Source: Nemertoderma westbladi
Taxonomy: Eukaryota; Animalia; Xenacoelomorpha
Assembly (NCBI GenBank): GCA_032718475.1
Contig: JAUCBJ010008678.1
Location: 57,613 to 121,612, forward strand
Direction of reading: 5' to 3'
DNA: 64,000 nt
In this document: piece by piece, positions 1 to 12,226 of the stretch
Numbering within the stretch: the first letter of the stretch is position 1
Layout of the letters: each line of letters begins with the position of its first letter
Notes under the pieces: model-generated
Database searches by the model: none
What the model was told of the DNA's origin: nothing
Seen by the model: only the letters and a program-made list of their open reading frames with translations
Translations under genes and position numbers: made by a program

Positions 1-3000
1 GTCAGCTGACCCGTCATTAGGACTACTTCTACCTAATGTAGATTCCTTCTCGGTCAGCTGACCCGTCATTAGGACTACTTCTACCTAATGTAGATTCCTT
101 CCCGCTCAGCTGACCCGTCATTAGGACTACTTCTACCTAATGTAGATTCCTTCTCGGTCAGCTGACCCGTCATTAGGACTACTTCTACCTAAGTTAGATT
201 CCTTCTCGGTCAGCTGACCCGTCATTAGGACTACTTCTACCTAAGGTAGAATCCTTCTAGGACAGCTGACCCGTCATTAGGAATACTTCTACCTAAGGTA
301 GAATCCTTCTAGGACAGCTGACCCGTCATTAGGACTACTTCTACCTAATGTAGATTCCTTCTCGGTCAGCTGACCCGTCATTAGGACTACTTCTACCTAA
401 TGTAGATTCCTTCTCGGTCAGCTGACCCGTCATTAGGACTACTTCTACCTAAGGTAGAATCCTTCTAGGACAGCTGACCCGTCATTAGGACTACTTCTAC
501 CTAAGGTAGAATCCTTCTAGGACAGCTGACCCGTCATTAGGACTACTTCTACCTAAGGTAGATTCCTTCCCGGTCAGCTGACCCGTCATTAGGACTACTT
601 CTACCTAATGTAGATTCCTTCTCGGTCAGCTGACCCGTCATTAGGACTACTTCTACCTAATGTAGATTCCTTCTCGGTCAGCTGAACCGTCATTAGGACT
701 ACTTCTACCTAATGTAGATTCCTTCTCGGTCAGCTGACCCTTCATTAGGACTACTTCTACCTAATGTAGATTCCTTCTCGGTCAGCTGACCCTTCATTAG
801 GACTACTTCTACCTAAGGTAGATTCCTTCTCGGTCAGCTGACCCGTCATTAGGACTACTTCTACCTAATGTAGATTCCTTCTCGGTCAGCTGACCCATCA
901 TTAGGACTACTTCTACCTAATGTAGATTCCTTCTTGGACAGCCGACCCGTCATTAGGACTACTTCTACCTAAGGTAGAATCCTTCTAGGACAGCTGACCC
1001 GTCATTAGGACTACTTCTACCTAAGGTAGATTCCTTCCCGGTCAGCTGACCCGTCATTAGGACTACTTCTACCTAAGGTAGAATCCTTCTAGGACAGCTG
1101 ACCCGTCATTAGGACTACTTCTACCTAATGTAGATTCCTTCTCGGTCAGCTGAACCGTCATTAGGACTACTTCTACCTAATGTAGATTCCTTCTCGGTCA
1201 GCTGAACCGTCATTAGGACTACTTCTACCTAAGGTAGATTCCTTCTCGGTCAGCTGACCCGTCATTAGGACTACTTCTACCTAAGGTAGATTCCTTCTCG
1301 GTCAGCTGACCCGTCATTAGGACTACTTCTACCTAAGGTAGAATCCTTCTAGGACAGCTGACCCGTCATTAGGACTACTTCTACATAAGGTAGATTCCTT
1401 CTCGGTCAGCTGACCCGTCATTAGGACTACTTCTACCTAAGGTAGAATCCTTCTAGGACAGCTGACCCGTCATTAGGACTACTTCTACCTAATGTAGATT
1501 CCTTCTCGGTCAGCTGACCCGTCATTAGGACTACTTCTACCTAAGGTAGATTCCTTCTCGGTCAGCTGACCCGTCATTAGGACTACTTCTACCTAATGTA
1601 GATTCCTTCTCGGTCAGCTGACCCATCATTAGGACTACTTCTACCTAATGTAGATTCCTTCTTGGACAGCCGACCCGTCATTAGGACTACTTCTACCTAA
1701 GGTAGAATCCTTCTAGGACAGCTGACCCGTCATTAGGACTACTTCTACCTAAGGTAGATTCCTTCCCGGTCAGCTGACCCGTCATTAGGACTACTTCTAC
1801 CTAAGGTAGAATCCTTCTAGGACAGCTGACCCGTCATTAGGACTACTTCTACCTAATGTAGATTCCTTCTCGGTCAGCTGAACCGTCATTAGGACTACTT
1901 CTACCTAATGTAGATTCCTTCTCGGTCAGCTGAACCGTCATTAGGACTACTTCTACCTAAGGTAGATTCCTTCTCGGTCAGCTGACCCGTCATTAGGACT
2001 ACTTCTACCTAAGGTAGATTCCTTCTCGGTCAGCTGACCCGTCATTAGGACTACTTCTACCTAAGGTAGAATCCTTCTCGGTCAGCTGACCCGTCATTAG
2101 GACTACTTCTACATAAGGTAGATTCCTTCTCGGTCAGCTGACCCGTCATTAGGACTACTTCTACCTAAGGTAGATTCCTTCTCGGTCAGCTGAACCGTCA
2201 TTAGGACTACTTCTACCTAATGTAGATTCCTTCTCGGTCAGCTGACCCGTCATTAGGACTACTTCTACCTAATGTAGATTCCTTCCCGGTCAGCTGAACC
2301 GTCATTAGGACTACTTCTACCTAATGTAGATTCCTTCTCGGTCAGCTGACCCGTCATTAGGACTACTTCTACCTAATGTAGATTCCTTCTCGGTCAGCTG
2401 ACCCGTCATTAGGACTACTTCTACCTAATGTAGATTCCTTCCCGCTTAGCTGACCCGTCATTAGGACTACTTCTACCTAATGTAGATTCCTTCTCGGTCA
2501 GCTGACCCGTCATTAGGACTACTTCTACCTAAGGTAGATTCCTTCTCGGTCAGCTGACCCGTCATTAGGACTACTTCTACCTAAGGTAGAATCCTTCTAG
2601 GACAGCTGACCCGTCATTAGGAATACTTCTACCTAAGGTAGAATCCTTCAAGGACAGCTGACCCGTCATTAGGACTACTTCTACCTAATGTAGATTCCTT
2701 CTCGGTCAGCTGACCCGTCATTAGGACTACTTCTACCTAATGTAGATTCCTTCTCGGTCAGCTGACCCGTCATTAGGACTACTTCTACCTAAGGTAGAAT
2801 CCTTCTAGGACAGCTGACCCGTCATTAGGACTACTTCTACCTAAGGTAGAATCCTTCTAGGACAGCTGACCCGTCATTAGGACTACTTCTACCTAATGTA
2901 GATTGCTTCTCGGTCAGCTGACCCGTCATTAGGACTACTTCTACCTAATGTAGATTCCTTCTCGGTCAGCTGACCCGTCATTAGGACTACTTCTACCTAA

Positions 3001-6000
3001 TGTAGATTCCTTCTCGGTCAGCTGACCCGTCATTAGGACTACTTCTACCTAAGGTAGATTCCTTCCCGGTCAGCTGACCCGTCATTAGGACTACTTCTAC
3101 CTAATGTAGATTCCTTCTCGGTCAGCTGACCCGTCATTAGGACTACTTCTACCTAAGGTAGATTCCTTCCCGGTCAGCTGACCGGTCATTAGGACTACTT
3201 CTACCTAAGGTAGAATCTTTCTAGGACAGCTGACCCGTCATTAGGACTACTTCTACCTAATGTAGATTCCTTCTCGGTCAGCTGACCCGTCATTAGGACT
3301 ACTTCTACCTAATGTAGATTCCTTCTCGGTCAGCTGACCCGTCATTAGGACTACTTCTACCTAAGGTAGATTCCTTCCCGGTCAGCTGACCCGTCATTAG
3401 GACTACTTCTACCTAATGTAGATTCCTTCTCGGTCAGCTGACCCGTCATTAGGACTACTTCTACCTAAGGTAGATTCCTTCCCGGTCAGCTGACCGGTCA
3501 TTAGGACTACTTCTACCTAAGGTAGAATCTTTCTAGGACAGCTGACCCGTCATTAGGACTACTTCTACCTAATGTAGATTCCTTCTCGGTCAGCTGACCC
3601 GTCATTAGGACTACTTCTACCTAAGGTAGATTCCTTCTCGGTCAGCTGGCCCGTCATTAGGACTACTTCTACCTAATGTAGATTGCTTCTCGGTCAGCTG
3701 ACCCGTCATTAGGACTACTTCTACCTAAGGTAGATTGCTTCTCGGACAGCTGACCCGTCATTAGGACTACTTCTACCTAAGATAGATTCCTTCTCAATCA
3801 GCTGACCCGTCATTAGGACTACTTCTACCTAAGGTAGATTCCTTCTCGGTCAGCTGACCCGTCATTAGGACTACTTCTACCTAATGTAGATTCCTTCTCG
3901 GTCAGCTGACCCGTCATTAGGACTACTTCTACCTAAGATAGATTCCTTCTCAATCAGCTGACCCGTCATTAGGACTACTTCTACCTAAGGTAGATTCCTT
4001 CCCGGTCAGCTGACCGGTCATTAGGACACTTCTAAATAAGGTAGATTCCTTCTAGGACAGCTGACCCGTCATTAGGACTACTTCTACCTAAGGTAGATTG
4101 CTTCTCGGACAGCTGACCCGTCATTAGGACTACTTCTACCTAAGATAGATTCCTTCTCAATCAGCTGACCCGTCATTAGGACTACTTCTACCTAAGGTAG
4201 ATTCCTTCTCGGTCAGCTGACCCGTCATTAGGACTACTTCTACCTAATGTAGATTCCTTCTCGGTCAGCTGACCCGTCATTAGGACTACTTCTACCTAAG
4301 ATAGATTCCTTCTCAATCAGCTGACCCGTCATTAGGACTACTTCTACCTAAGGTAGATTCCTTCTCGGTCAGCTGACCCGTCATTAGGACTACTTCTACC
4401 TAAGATAGATTCCTTCTCAATCAGCTGACCCGTCATTAGGACTACTTCTACGTAATGTAGATTCCTTCTCGGTCAGCTGACCCGTCATTAGGACTACTTC
4501 TACCTAAGGCAGATTCCTTCTCGGTCAGCTGAACCGTCATTAGGACTACTTCTACCTAATGTAGATCGCTTCTCGGTCAGCTGACCCGTCATTAGGACTA
4601 CTTCTACCTAAGGTAGATTCCTTCTCGGTCAGCTGACCCGTCATTAGGACTACTTCTACCTAATGTAGATTCCTTCTCGGTCAGCTGACCCGTCATTAGG
4701 ACTACTTCTACCTAAGATAGATTCCTTCTCAATCAGCTGACCCGTCATTAGGACTACTTCTACCTAATGTAGATTCCTTCTTGGACAGCTGACCCGTCAT
4801 TAGGACTACTTCTACCTGATGTAGATTCCTTCTCGGTCAGCTGACCCGTCATTAGGACTACTTCTACCTAAGGTAGATTCCTTCTCGGTCAGCTGACCCG
4901 TCATTAGGACTACTTCTACCTAATGTAGATTCCTTCTCGGTCAGCTGACCCGTCATTAGGACTACTTCTACCTAAGATAGATTCCTTCTCAATCAGCTGA
5001 CCCGTCATTAGGACTACTTCTACCTAAGGTAGATTCCTTCTCGGTCAGCTGACCCGTCATTAGGACTACTTCTACCTGATGTAGATTCCTTCTCGGTCAG
5101 CTGACCCGTCATTAGGACTACTTCTACCTAAGATAGATTCCTTCTCAATCAGCTGACCCGTCATTAGGACTACTTCTACCTAATGTAGATTCCTTCTTGG
5201 ACAGCTGACCCGTCATTAGGACTACTTCTACCTGATGTAGATTCCTTCTCGGTCAGCTGACCCGTCATTAGGACTACTTCTACCTAAGGTAGATTCCTTC
5301 TCTGACAGCTGACCCGTCATTAGGACTACTTCTACCTAAGGTAGATTTCTTCTCGGTCAGCTGATCCGTCATTAGGACTACTTCTACCTAAGGTAGATTG
5401 CTTCTCGGTCAGCTGACCCGTCATTAGGAATACTTCTACCTAATGTAGATTCCTTCTCGGTCAGCTGACCCGTCATTAGGACTACTTCTACCTAAGGTAT
5501 ATTCCTTCTCAATCAGCTGACCCGTCATTAGGACTACTTCTACCTAAGGTAGATTCCTTCTCGGTCAGCTGACCCGTCATTAGGACTACTTCTACCTAAG
5601 GTAGATTGCTTCTCGGTCAGCTGACCCGTCATTAGGAATACTTCTACCTAATGTAGATTCCTTCTCGGTCAGCTGACCCGTCATTAGGACTACTTCTACC
5701 TAAGGTAGATTCCTTCTCAATCAGCTGACCCGTCATTAGGACTACTTCTACCTAATGTAGATTCCTTCTCGGTCAGCTGAACCGTCATTAGGACTACTTC
5801 TACCTAATGTAGATTCCTTCTCGGTCAGCTGACCCTTCATTAGGACTACTTCTACCTAAGGTAGATTGCTTCTCGGTCAGCTGACCCTTCATTAGGACTA
5901 CTTCTACCTAAGGTAGATTGCTTCTCGGTCAGCTGACCCGTCATTAGGACTACTTCTACCTAAGGTAGATTCCTTCTCGGACAGCTGACCCGTCATTAGG

Positions 6001-6825
6001 ACTACTTCTACCTAAGGTAGATTGCTTCTCGGTCAGCTGACCCGTCATTAGGACTACTTCTACCTAAGGTAGATTCCTTCTCGGACAGCTGACCCGTCAT
6101 TAGGACTACTTCTACCTAAGGTAGATTCCTTCTCGGTCATCTGACCCGTCATTAGGACTACTTCTACCTAAGGTAGATTGCTTCTCGGTCAGCTGACCCG
6201 TCATTAGGACTACTTCTACCTAAGGTAGATTCCTTCTCGGACAGCTGACCCGTCATTAGGACTACTTCTACCTAAGGTAGATTCCTTCTCGGTCAGCTGA
6301 ACCGTCATTAGGACTACTTCTACCTAAGGTAGATTCCTTCTCGGTCAGCTGACCCGTCATTAGGACTACTTCTACCTAAGGTAGATTGCTTCTCGGTCAG
6401 CTGACCCGTCATTAGGACTACTTCTACCTAAGGTAGATTCCTTCTCGGACAGCTGACCCGTCATTAGGACTACTTCTACCTAAGGTAGATTGCTTCTCAG
6501 TCAGCTGACCCGTCATTAGGACTACTTCTACCTAAGGTAGATTCCTTCTCGGTCAGCTGACCCGTCATTAGGACTACTTCTACCTAATGTAGATTCCTTC
6601 TCGGTCAGCTGAACCGTCATTAGGACTACTTCTACCTAATGTAGATTCCTTCTCGGTCAGCTGAACCGTCATTAGGACTACTTCTACCTAAGGTAGATTC
6701 CTTCTCGGTCAGCTGACCCATCATTAGGACTACTTCTACCTAATGTAGATTGCTTGTCGGTCAGCTGACCCGTCATTGGGACTACTTCTACCTAATGTAG
6801 ATTCCTTCTCGGTCAGCTGACCCGT
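1..6825. repeat. 52-bp tandem satellite, ~131 copies, truncated by the window start
   Basis: Unit GTCAGCTGACCCGTCATTAGGACTACTTCTACCTAA(T/G)GTAGATTCCTTCTCG repeats head to tail with point variants and no spacers. It contains the palindrome GTCAGCTGAC and the hairpin TCTACCT-A-AGGTAGA. Confidence 0.98.
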
Positions 6826-7311
6826 GTTTCAATAGGCGTACCTATACCTACAGTACCATGCCAAATTTTTTATACTAGCTAGTTTTTGCTACTTGTATTA
6901 AATGGTCTAGAATATGTTAGCTATTTAACTAAAAAAAACTTCGTTCTAGAACAAATCTTTTTTGTTCTAGAACATTTCTAGTAAAAAATATTAATAAGAA
7001 CTGTTTAATCATATAATATTTTACATATAATTGTAGGTGAAAGTATGCCACCAACAGAAACTTTGTTATTAACAATATAAGTTAGATCTACAGTCTCGGC
7101 TACTGTTGCTGTAATTCGTTGTTCTTCGTCTCTATAAGGGAAAGACTTCGACTTCACAAAGAGTAAGATATTCGCTGATTCCTTTTAACTCATCGACATA
7201 ACGGCCAGTCTTCCCGGAGCAGGTGATGCTGTGGACGTCGCCGGCGCTGGTACCGCAGAGGTTGACAGAGTTGCTGACCCGACAACGGAGGAACCCATCG
7301 TCTTAGACTTT

Positions 7312-9958
7312 CTACTTAGCACCGATAATCCACAGCAGCTCAACCCCGCTGCCTCCGATGGCCGCCCCGTTGTTTGTGAGCCGGATGGAGATTTCTCCCA
7401 GGTTGGCGTTATGAACTGGCTGGTGGCGTGATGACCTTGACCCGCGCAGGCACATGTGGGCAGTCCGAACCAGCAGAAAACTGATGTGTCGTCGGATCCA
7501 GGTAACGCACTCTGTGTAGCTGATATCCCCTTATCCACCAACAGAACAGCAAGGTGTTTAAAGAACTGCGCCATGGATGGTGAGATTCCCCCGAAAGCAG
7601 ACATGATCAGTGGCGTGAAGGTCGCCAGCTCGACTTCCCTGACTCGTTCTTCATACCGACCCCGCTTCCGCGCCTCGTGATGGAGGTGGGCGCCCTCTAG
7701 TGTCATTGCTGCATTGGTCGGAGCGAGAGGATTGAAAACCGAGACGTCCAAAAAGGTTCTCTGGAATCTCGATCCCCAAAACCCAGACATCGCCACGTCC
7801 AGCCGCGCTCATTTTCAAGGTCACCGAATAACTGGGTCGACCCGGGTACCACACGAAAGATGTACCTCCACCGAGCTGCTAGGCCGATGGTGAGGCCAAC
7901 GTAGGCGCAGTGTGGATCCATAGAGGCAATCTTGGTGATAAGATCCACTTGAGTAGTAAACTCAGCTACCTTAGAGTTCACAAATTCCTCACAGTACTCG
8001 TTGTTCCCGATGACACCTCCTAAGAGTCGGCTCCCTCGGACTTCAATGGTGAAACCGTCATCTGGAAACAGACGTCGGGCTTCCTGGATCAGTTCCGGTT
8101 TGACGAGAAGGTGTCACTTTGTCGGGAAATAGCCATGTGAGGTCCGGATGAGGTCCCAGAACTTCCGCAGTTCCGATAGAGTCCCTGCGGCATTGCCGTT
8201 GTCCGCAAACCACTTCTGTAGCACATCCGCTGCAGCACCCGCCTCGACGATCAGAGGGATCGATCCGACTGCGTAAGATGGCATCGCTATCGGATCACCC
8301 TGCGTGAAGCCCTCTGATGAGAGTATGTACTCCCCGCCGATGAACAACTTTGAAGGAGTTGCATAGCAGTTCGATACTATGGTTTGCAGCGAGGGACAAA
8401 CCATCCCGATGTTGTGGGTTGCAGCGGCACGATTAATCGAGTTGAATGCATTTGTAGCATCAACCTGGAGCACCGCCTCACAGTCGTCCTTGGCAAACTC
8501 ATCGCTGAGGCTGTGGATTGCGTGCTCAATCCCCGCCTTCTACCCGCAGCAGAGCTGAACCGACCCGCCAATGCTCTGCAGATAATTAGAGATGCAGTAT
8601 ATCACCGTCTTGCCGATAATGCGACGCAACACCTCACCAATTCCGATAGGTCGGACCCCCGGACACTTATCAATTGCCACGAGGCGAGCTGAGAGCAGCG
8701 AGGAGAGGTTTGATGACTCCAGCGGGAACTTTGCAATCTTCTTTGCAGCGGAAGCTATACTGGAGCACAGTTCTGTTGAAGAGTTCCGGAACCGAGTGGC
8801 GATATGTTTCCACCCCTGAACGTCGAGGTCCGAAGGCCCTGCAGCGCTTCCCCGGATCTGGAGCAGACAGTTTAGCACAACATCAGCTGAAATCTTCTCG
8901 AAAATGACTGGCTGGAATTCCGGAGCACGGTTGTACCCACTCAGGAGAGTCGATGGATCTGCCAGAGCGGCTGGAGGATGTTTATCGAGAAGAAAATCAC
9001 GCACCTTCTTCGTCACCCCATTCTTGTCTGTGACAGACTCATCGAGAGAGAGTACCTTCCCCTTTTCTAACTCGTTCAGGCACCTGATTGCTGCGTTGAC
9101 ATTCCCTGTAAGCATATGTCTACAGAAAACTTTCTCGGTGGCAGTGTTGTGCAGCAGAACAGTGCGCGCAGACCGCTTGGGCAGATGAGCCTGGATGGCA
9201 CTTGCCTCCTGTAATAACAGATCAAAACGTCCCGACTTCCATGACTCGAACCGGCGCTCTAAAACCCGTCGATGAACCAACGCAGCAGAATCACGACTTG
9301 GCTTATGAAGCAGAAGTGCAGGGAGTATCATAAGCCCTATGAGAGCAGCATCTTCGTAACTGGGTTCGGCTGAGAAGAGTTTCAGCAGTCGGCTCATCTC
9401 GGAAACCACCGCCCTACCGATGGCCCCGGGAGGCAACAGGAAGAAGTTGGGACGCCAATGAACTACCATGTTGTAAGCTCCTCGTAAAGAGAAGATAAAC
9501 CTCTCCAGTGGAAACGAGGCTTCAAACCAATGGATCGTAGGCTGGCGATCGTTAGTAGACGGAGGCAGTTCGTGAAGCGAGGAGCTGATCAAGGGAATCG
9601 TAATGGCTGGCAGGTTGGTTAGGATGGGACTACTAGTCGAGATGACAGTGTTATTTAGGTCACCGAAAAACGAGCTGTCATTCCCTGAGGAATTGTCAAT
9701 GAGAGTCCTGTCGATTGATGGGATTGGCGAGAGAGAGCACGAACATACCTGTCCTCTTCCATCACATGGACTGGGTAAAGGTAAACTAGCGGTTGAACTG
9801 AGTTGTTGTAGCGTGTACTGGTTCCTGCAGCGGCCGATATTGAGCTGACAACAGCTGACACACGAACGTTCGGCTCGAAAGCATCCGCAACGACGGCTTT
9901 CACAGCAACCATTGCTGGTGATGCCACATTGGCAACACCGCAGCGATCCCTCAGACAT
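7312..9958 (-). mobile_element. Decayed CRE-clade non-LTR retrotransposon (Cys-rich N-terminus, RT, restriction-like endonuclease)
   Basis: Fragments read GVRPIGIGEVLRRIIGK, VDATNAFNSINR, TQGDP, WFADN, then RLDV..SGFW..RTFLDVSVFNP..HEARKRGRYEERV..FTPLIMSAFGG and, after a frameshift, WIRRHISFLLVRTAHMCLRGSR. In-frame stops occur at ~8540 and ~8114. Confidence 0.85.
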
Positions 9959-10299
9959 TGAGCATATAATTCGCTAATCCAATCCAGTTGGCCTACTCTC
10001 TACAGTTATTAATTAACCTTGGTTCTACTATAATTTTAATGGTCAATCTTTCAATGCTGTTATAACACTTCTAATGTAACTAATACCTGTGGAGTTACAA
10101 GTTATTATATGCCTGAGGGTTAGCTTGCATAAATTAACTCTTAAAATTTAGTCACCCTCTCTTACTCATTGAAATGAATCATAAAAAAATGTTCTAGTAA
10201 AAGATAGCTATTTTTCAAAATTCTAAATATTTTTTATGTTTTGTAGACATGGTAGCTAGTATTTTTGTACTACCTAGTATTTTTAAAAATTATATTTAG

Positions 10300-11560
10300 C
10301 TTTGCCAACAACAATGTGATGTATTTGACTTCAATGTTACTGCAGATTTCGCATCATTCATTGTGAAGTATAGGAATGTGGAGAAAATCTAATAGTGCCC
10401 TTACAAATGAAACTTTTCGACGCCCTTATTCATACCACGAATGCTTTAGTCAATGAAGTAAGGTACTGTCTGGATGTAAAAAAAATATAAAAGTAAATTT
10501 TTTCTTCGGCCACTAGACCAGGGATTACGCACAAAGTCTGACGACTTATTTCCAGTGCGCTCCCCCCAGAACTTTACTCCCCAGAGTTGACTCTAGTACT
10601 CATTTAGCTACCACTTAATGATGCAAGGCAGAGATGCGTCCTGGCTGGTCCCTTTAAAGCATTCGTGCCGAAACGAAAACTGCCCTGGCCCATGTGAGGA
10701 TCGAACCCACGACCTACAGGAGATGTGAATTCAATGCAACCACTACACCAAAAGGTGGAACCTCGAGTAGAATCGAGTCGGATGAGCAAAAGTTTAATTA
10801 TGTTCTTACACGTAAGATGTTGTAAGATCCCCTAGAGCTCCACTTTGGACATTACAGACAAATTAATGACGGTAATTATTACCTTTCATGTAAACAATTG
10901 TACCAAAATGACAGAAAAGTTAGAGCACTCTCTCTTATCACCCATTCTGACATTACGACTTCATAAACGAAACAAATCTTGAGCTCAACTACACAATGTA
11001 TAACAACAGACAATGCGCAAACATCGAATAACATTGCAGAAGATATTTATAACCACATTTATCCACCACGCATAACATCCGCCGATGCCAACACAATCTA
11101 CTACGTCGCTGGAGAACTAGTTAAGAGTTTACAGTGCGAAACTTCAAAGAATGCAGAAGCTGTTTCACCTCTCCTGCTGACTCTCATAATTGTTCTCCCC
11201 TTCTAATGTTCGATATTGAACAAGAAGACGTGTTAATAACCGGAGACTTGAGGGAATATGTCGATATTTCCAACCGCAGTGGATTACTCCACCCTAGCAT
11301 TCAAACATTCTGCATATGTCTCCATAGTTGGCATGCATATACTATAACAAATGATTATAATTCTTTCCAGTATAAGGTGTTCAGAGATGCCAATTCTAAG
11401 CAACTATTTACTAATATAATTGAGATCATCTTGCCACTAAAGAACCGGACAGATACGCCAGAGATCTGCGCAAATAAACATAAATATGTAGGGGATTTAG
11501 TTGGTCGTTTCTAAAGCTTCTCTGTCACAAAGAATTTTGTTATTCAAATGTCCGACATGA
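10300..11560 (+). pseudogene. P-element/THAP9-like transposase C-terminal relic, interrupted by a SINE
   Basis: Reads LTNETF/DALIHTTNALVNEVRYCLDVKK before the SINE and KFNYVLTRKML*DPLELHFGHYRQINDGNYYLS..IYYVAG..C..C..NRSGLLHPS after it, motifs typical of P-superfamily transposases. Stops and frameshifts present. Confidence 0.75.
10478..10760 (-). mobile_element. tRNA-derived SINE, apparently full length
   Basis: Minus strand shows A-box TGGTGTAGTGG and B-box GGTTCGATCC, a central CTCTGCCTTGCATC..GGTAGCTAAATGAGTAC domain and an AT-rich 3' end. Partial copies lie at ~24985 and ~41840. Confidence 0.8.
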
Positions 11561-11616
11561 GATGTACTCGTAAAAATAAACACAATAATAAATTGAGGAA
11601 TTAAGGAAATTTAATT

Positions 11617-11766
11617 GGGGGGGGGGGGGGGGGGGGGGGGGGGTTTGGAACTCCAATCTCAAAAAATATTCAACGACACGCCTTGGTATATTAAGACTTA
11701 ACACGACAAAGCTACAGCGGGCGCAGAAATTATTTGGGTTGGAGCGGGGGGGGGGGGGGGGGGGGG
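11617..11766 (+). repeat. Two poly-G tracts (G27 at 11617-11643, G21 at 11746-11766)
   Basis: Directly visible homopolymers; G-quadruplex capable. Confidence 0.9.
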
Positions 11767-12226
11767 ACAAAACACAGTGTTGACACCATCCTCTCTGGGT
11801 ATACACATTTTTTGATAGGCATACAGTAAATGTCTTTCTAACATTTTTGGATTTCGGGATAATTCATTCATAAATTATTTTATCACAACTTACTCCTACA
11901 TATAGACCAGAGCATGAATTATTATCAAAGCAAAGCAAACAGTCGGCTGAGGCCGGAGGCGACCCGAGGTAGGTAAGTAGGGGTGGGGTGGGTGCTACCC
12001 AAAGATAGGGGTGGGATCTTATTCCTACGTACAAAGACCAGAGCTTTGTTTTAACTGAATTCGGAACTGTTTTAACTGAACCGAATATTTTATCAGAATT
12101 TTTAAACATGTTTTACAAAATTTAACGATACTGTTTTTTTCAGCGCTTTAGAGTATTCCTATGTAAATTTGGCGCTATATAAATTGTTTTTAATATTATT
12201 ATTATTAACATATAAGGGTTATTATA

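Noticed and set aside
1-6825. CRISPR array: TTCTACCTAATGTAGAT resembles the Cas12a repeat stem
   Set aside because: There are no unique spacers (the whole 52-mer repeats), no cas genes, and the context is eukaryotic.
1-6825. Tandem hammerhead ribozymes on the minus strand (CTAATGA..stem..AGAA)
   Set aside because: The core deviates from CTGANGA/GAAA and stems I and III cannot be arranged properly.
7024-9971. CATATAATT as the TSD of the CRE element
   Set aside because: A low-complexity 9-mer that would leave almost no 5' UTR; no tail supports it.
10690-10760. Functional tRNA genes here and at 24170-24238
   Set aside because: A and B boxes are present but no proper cloverleaf could be formed, and both continue into SINE body sequence.
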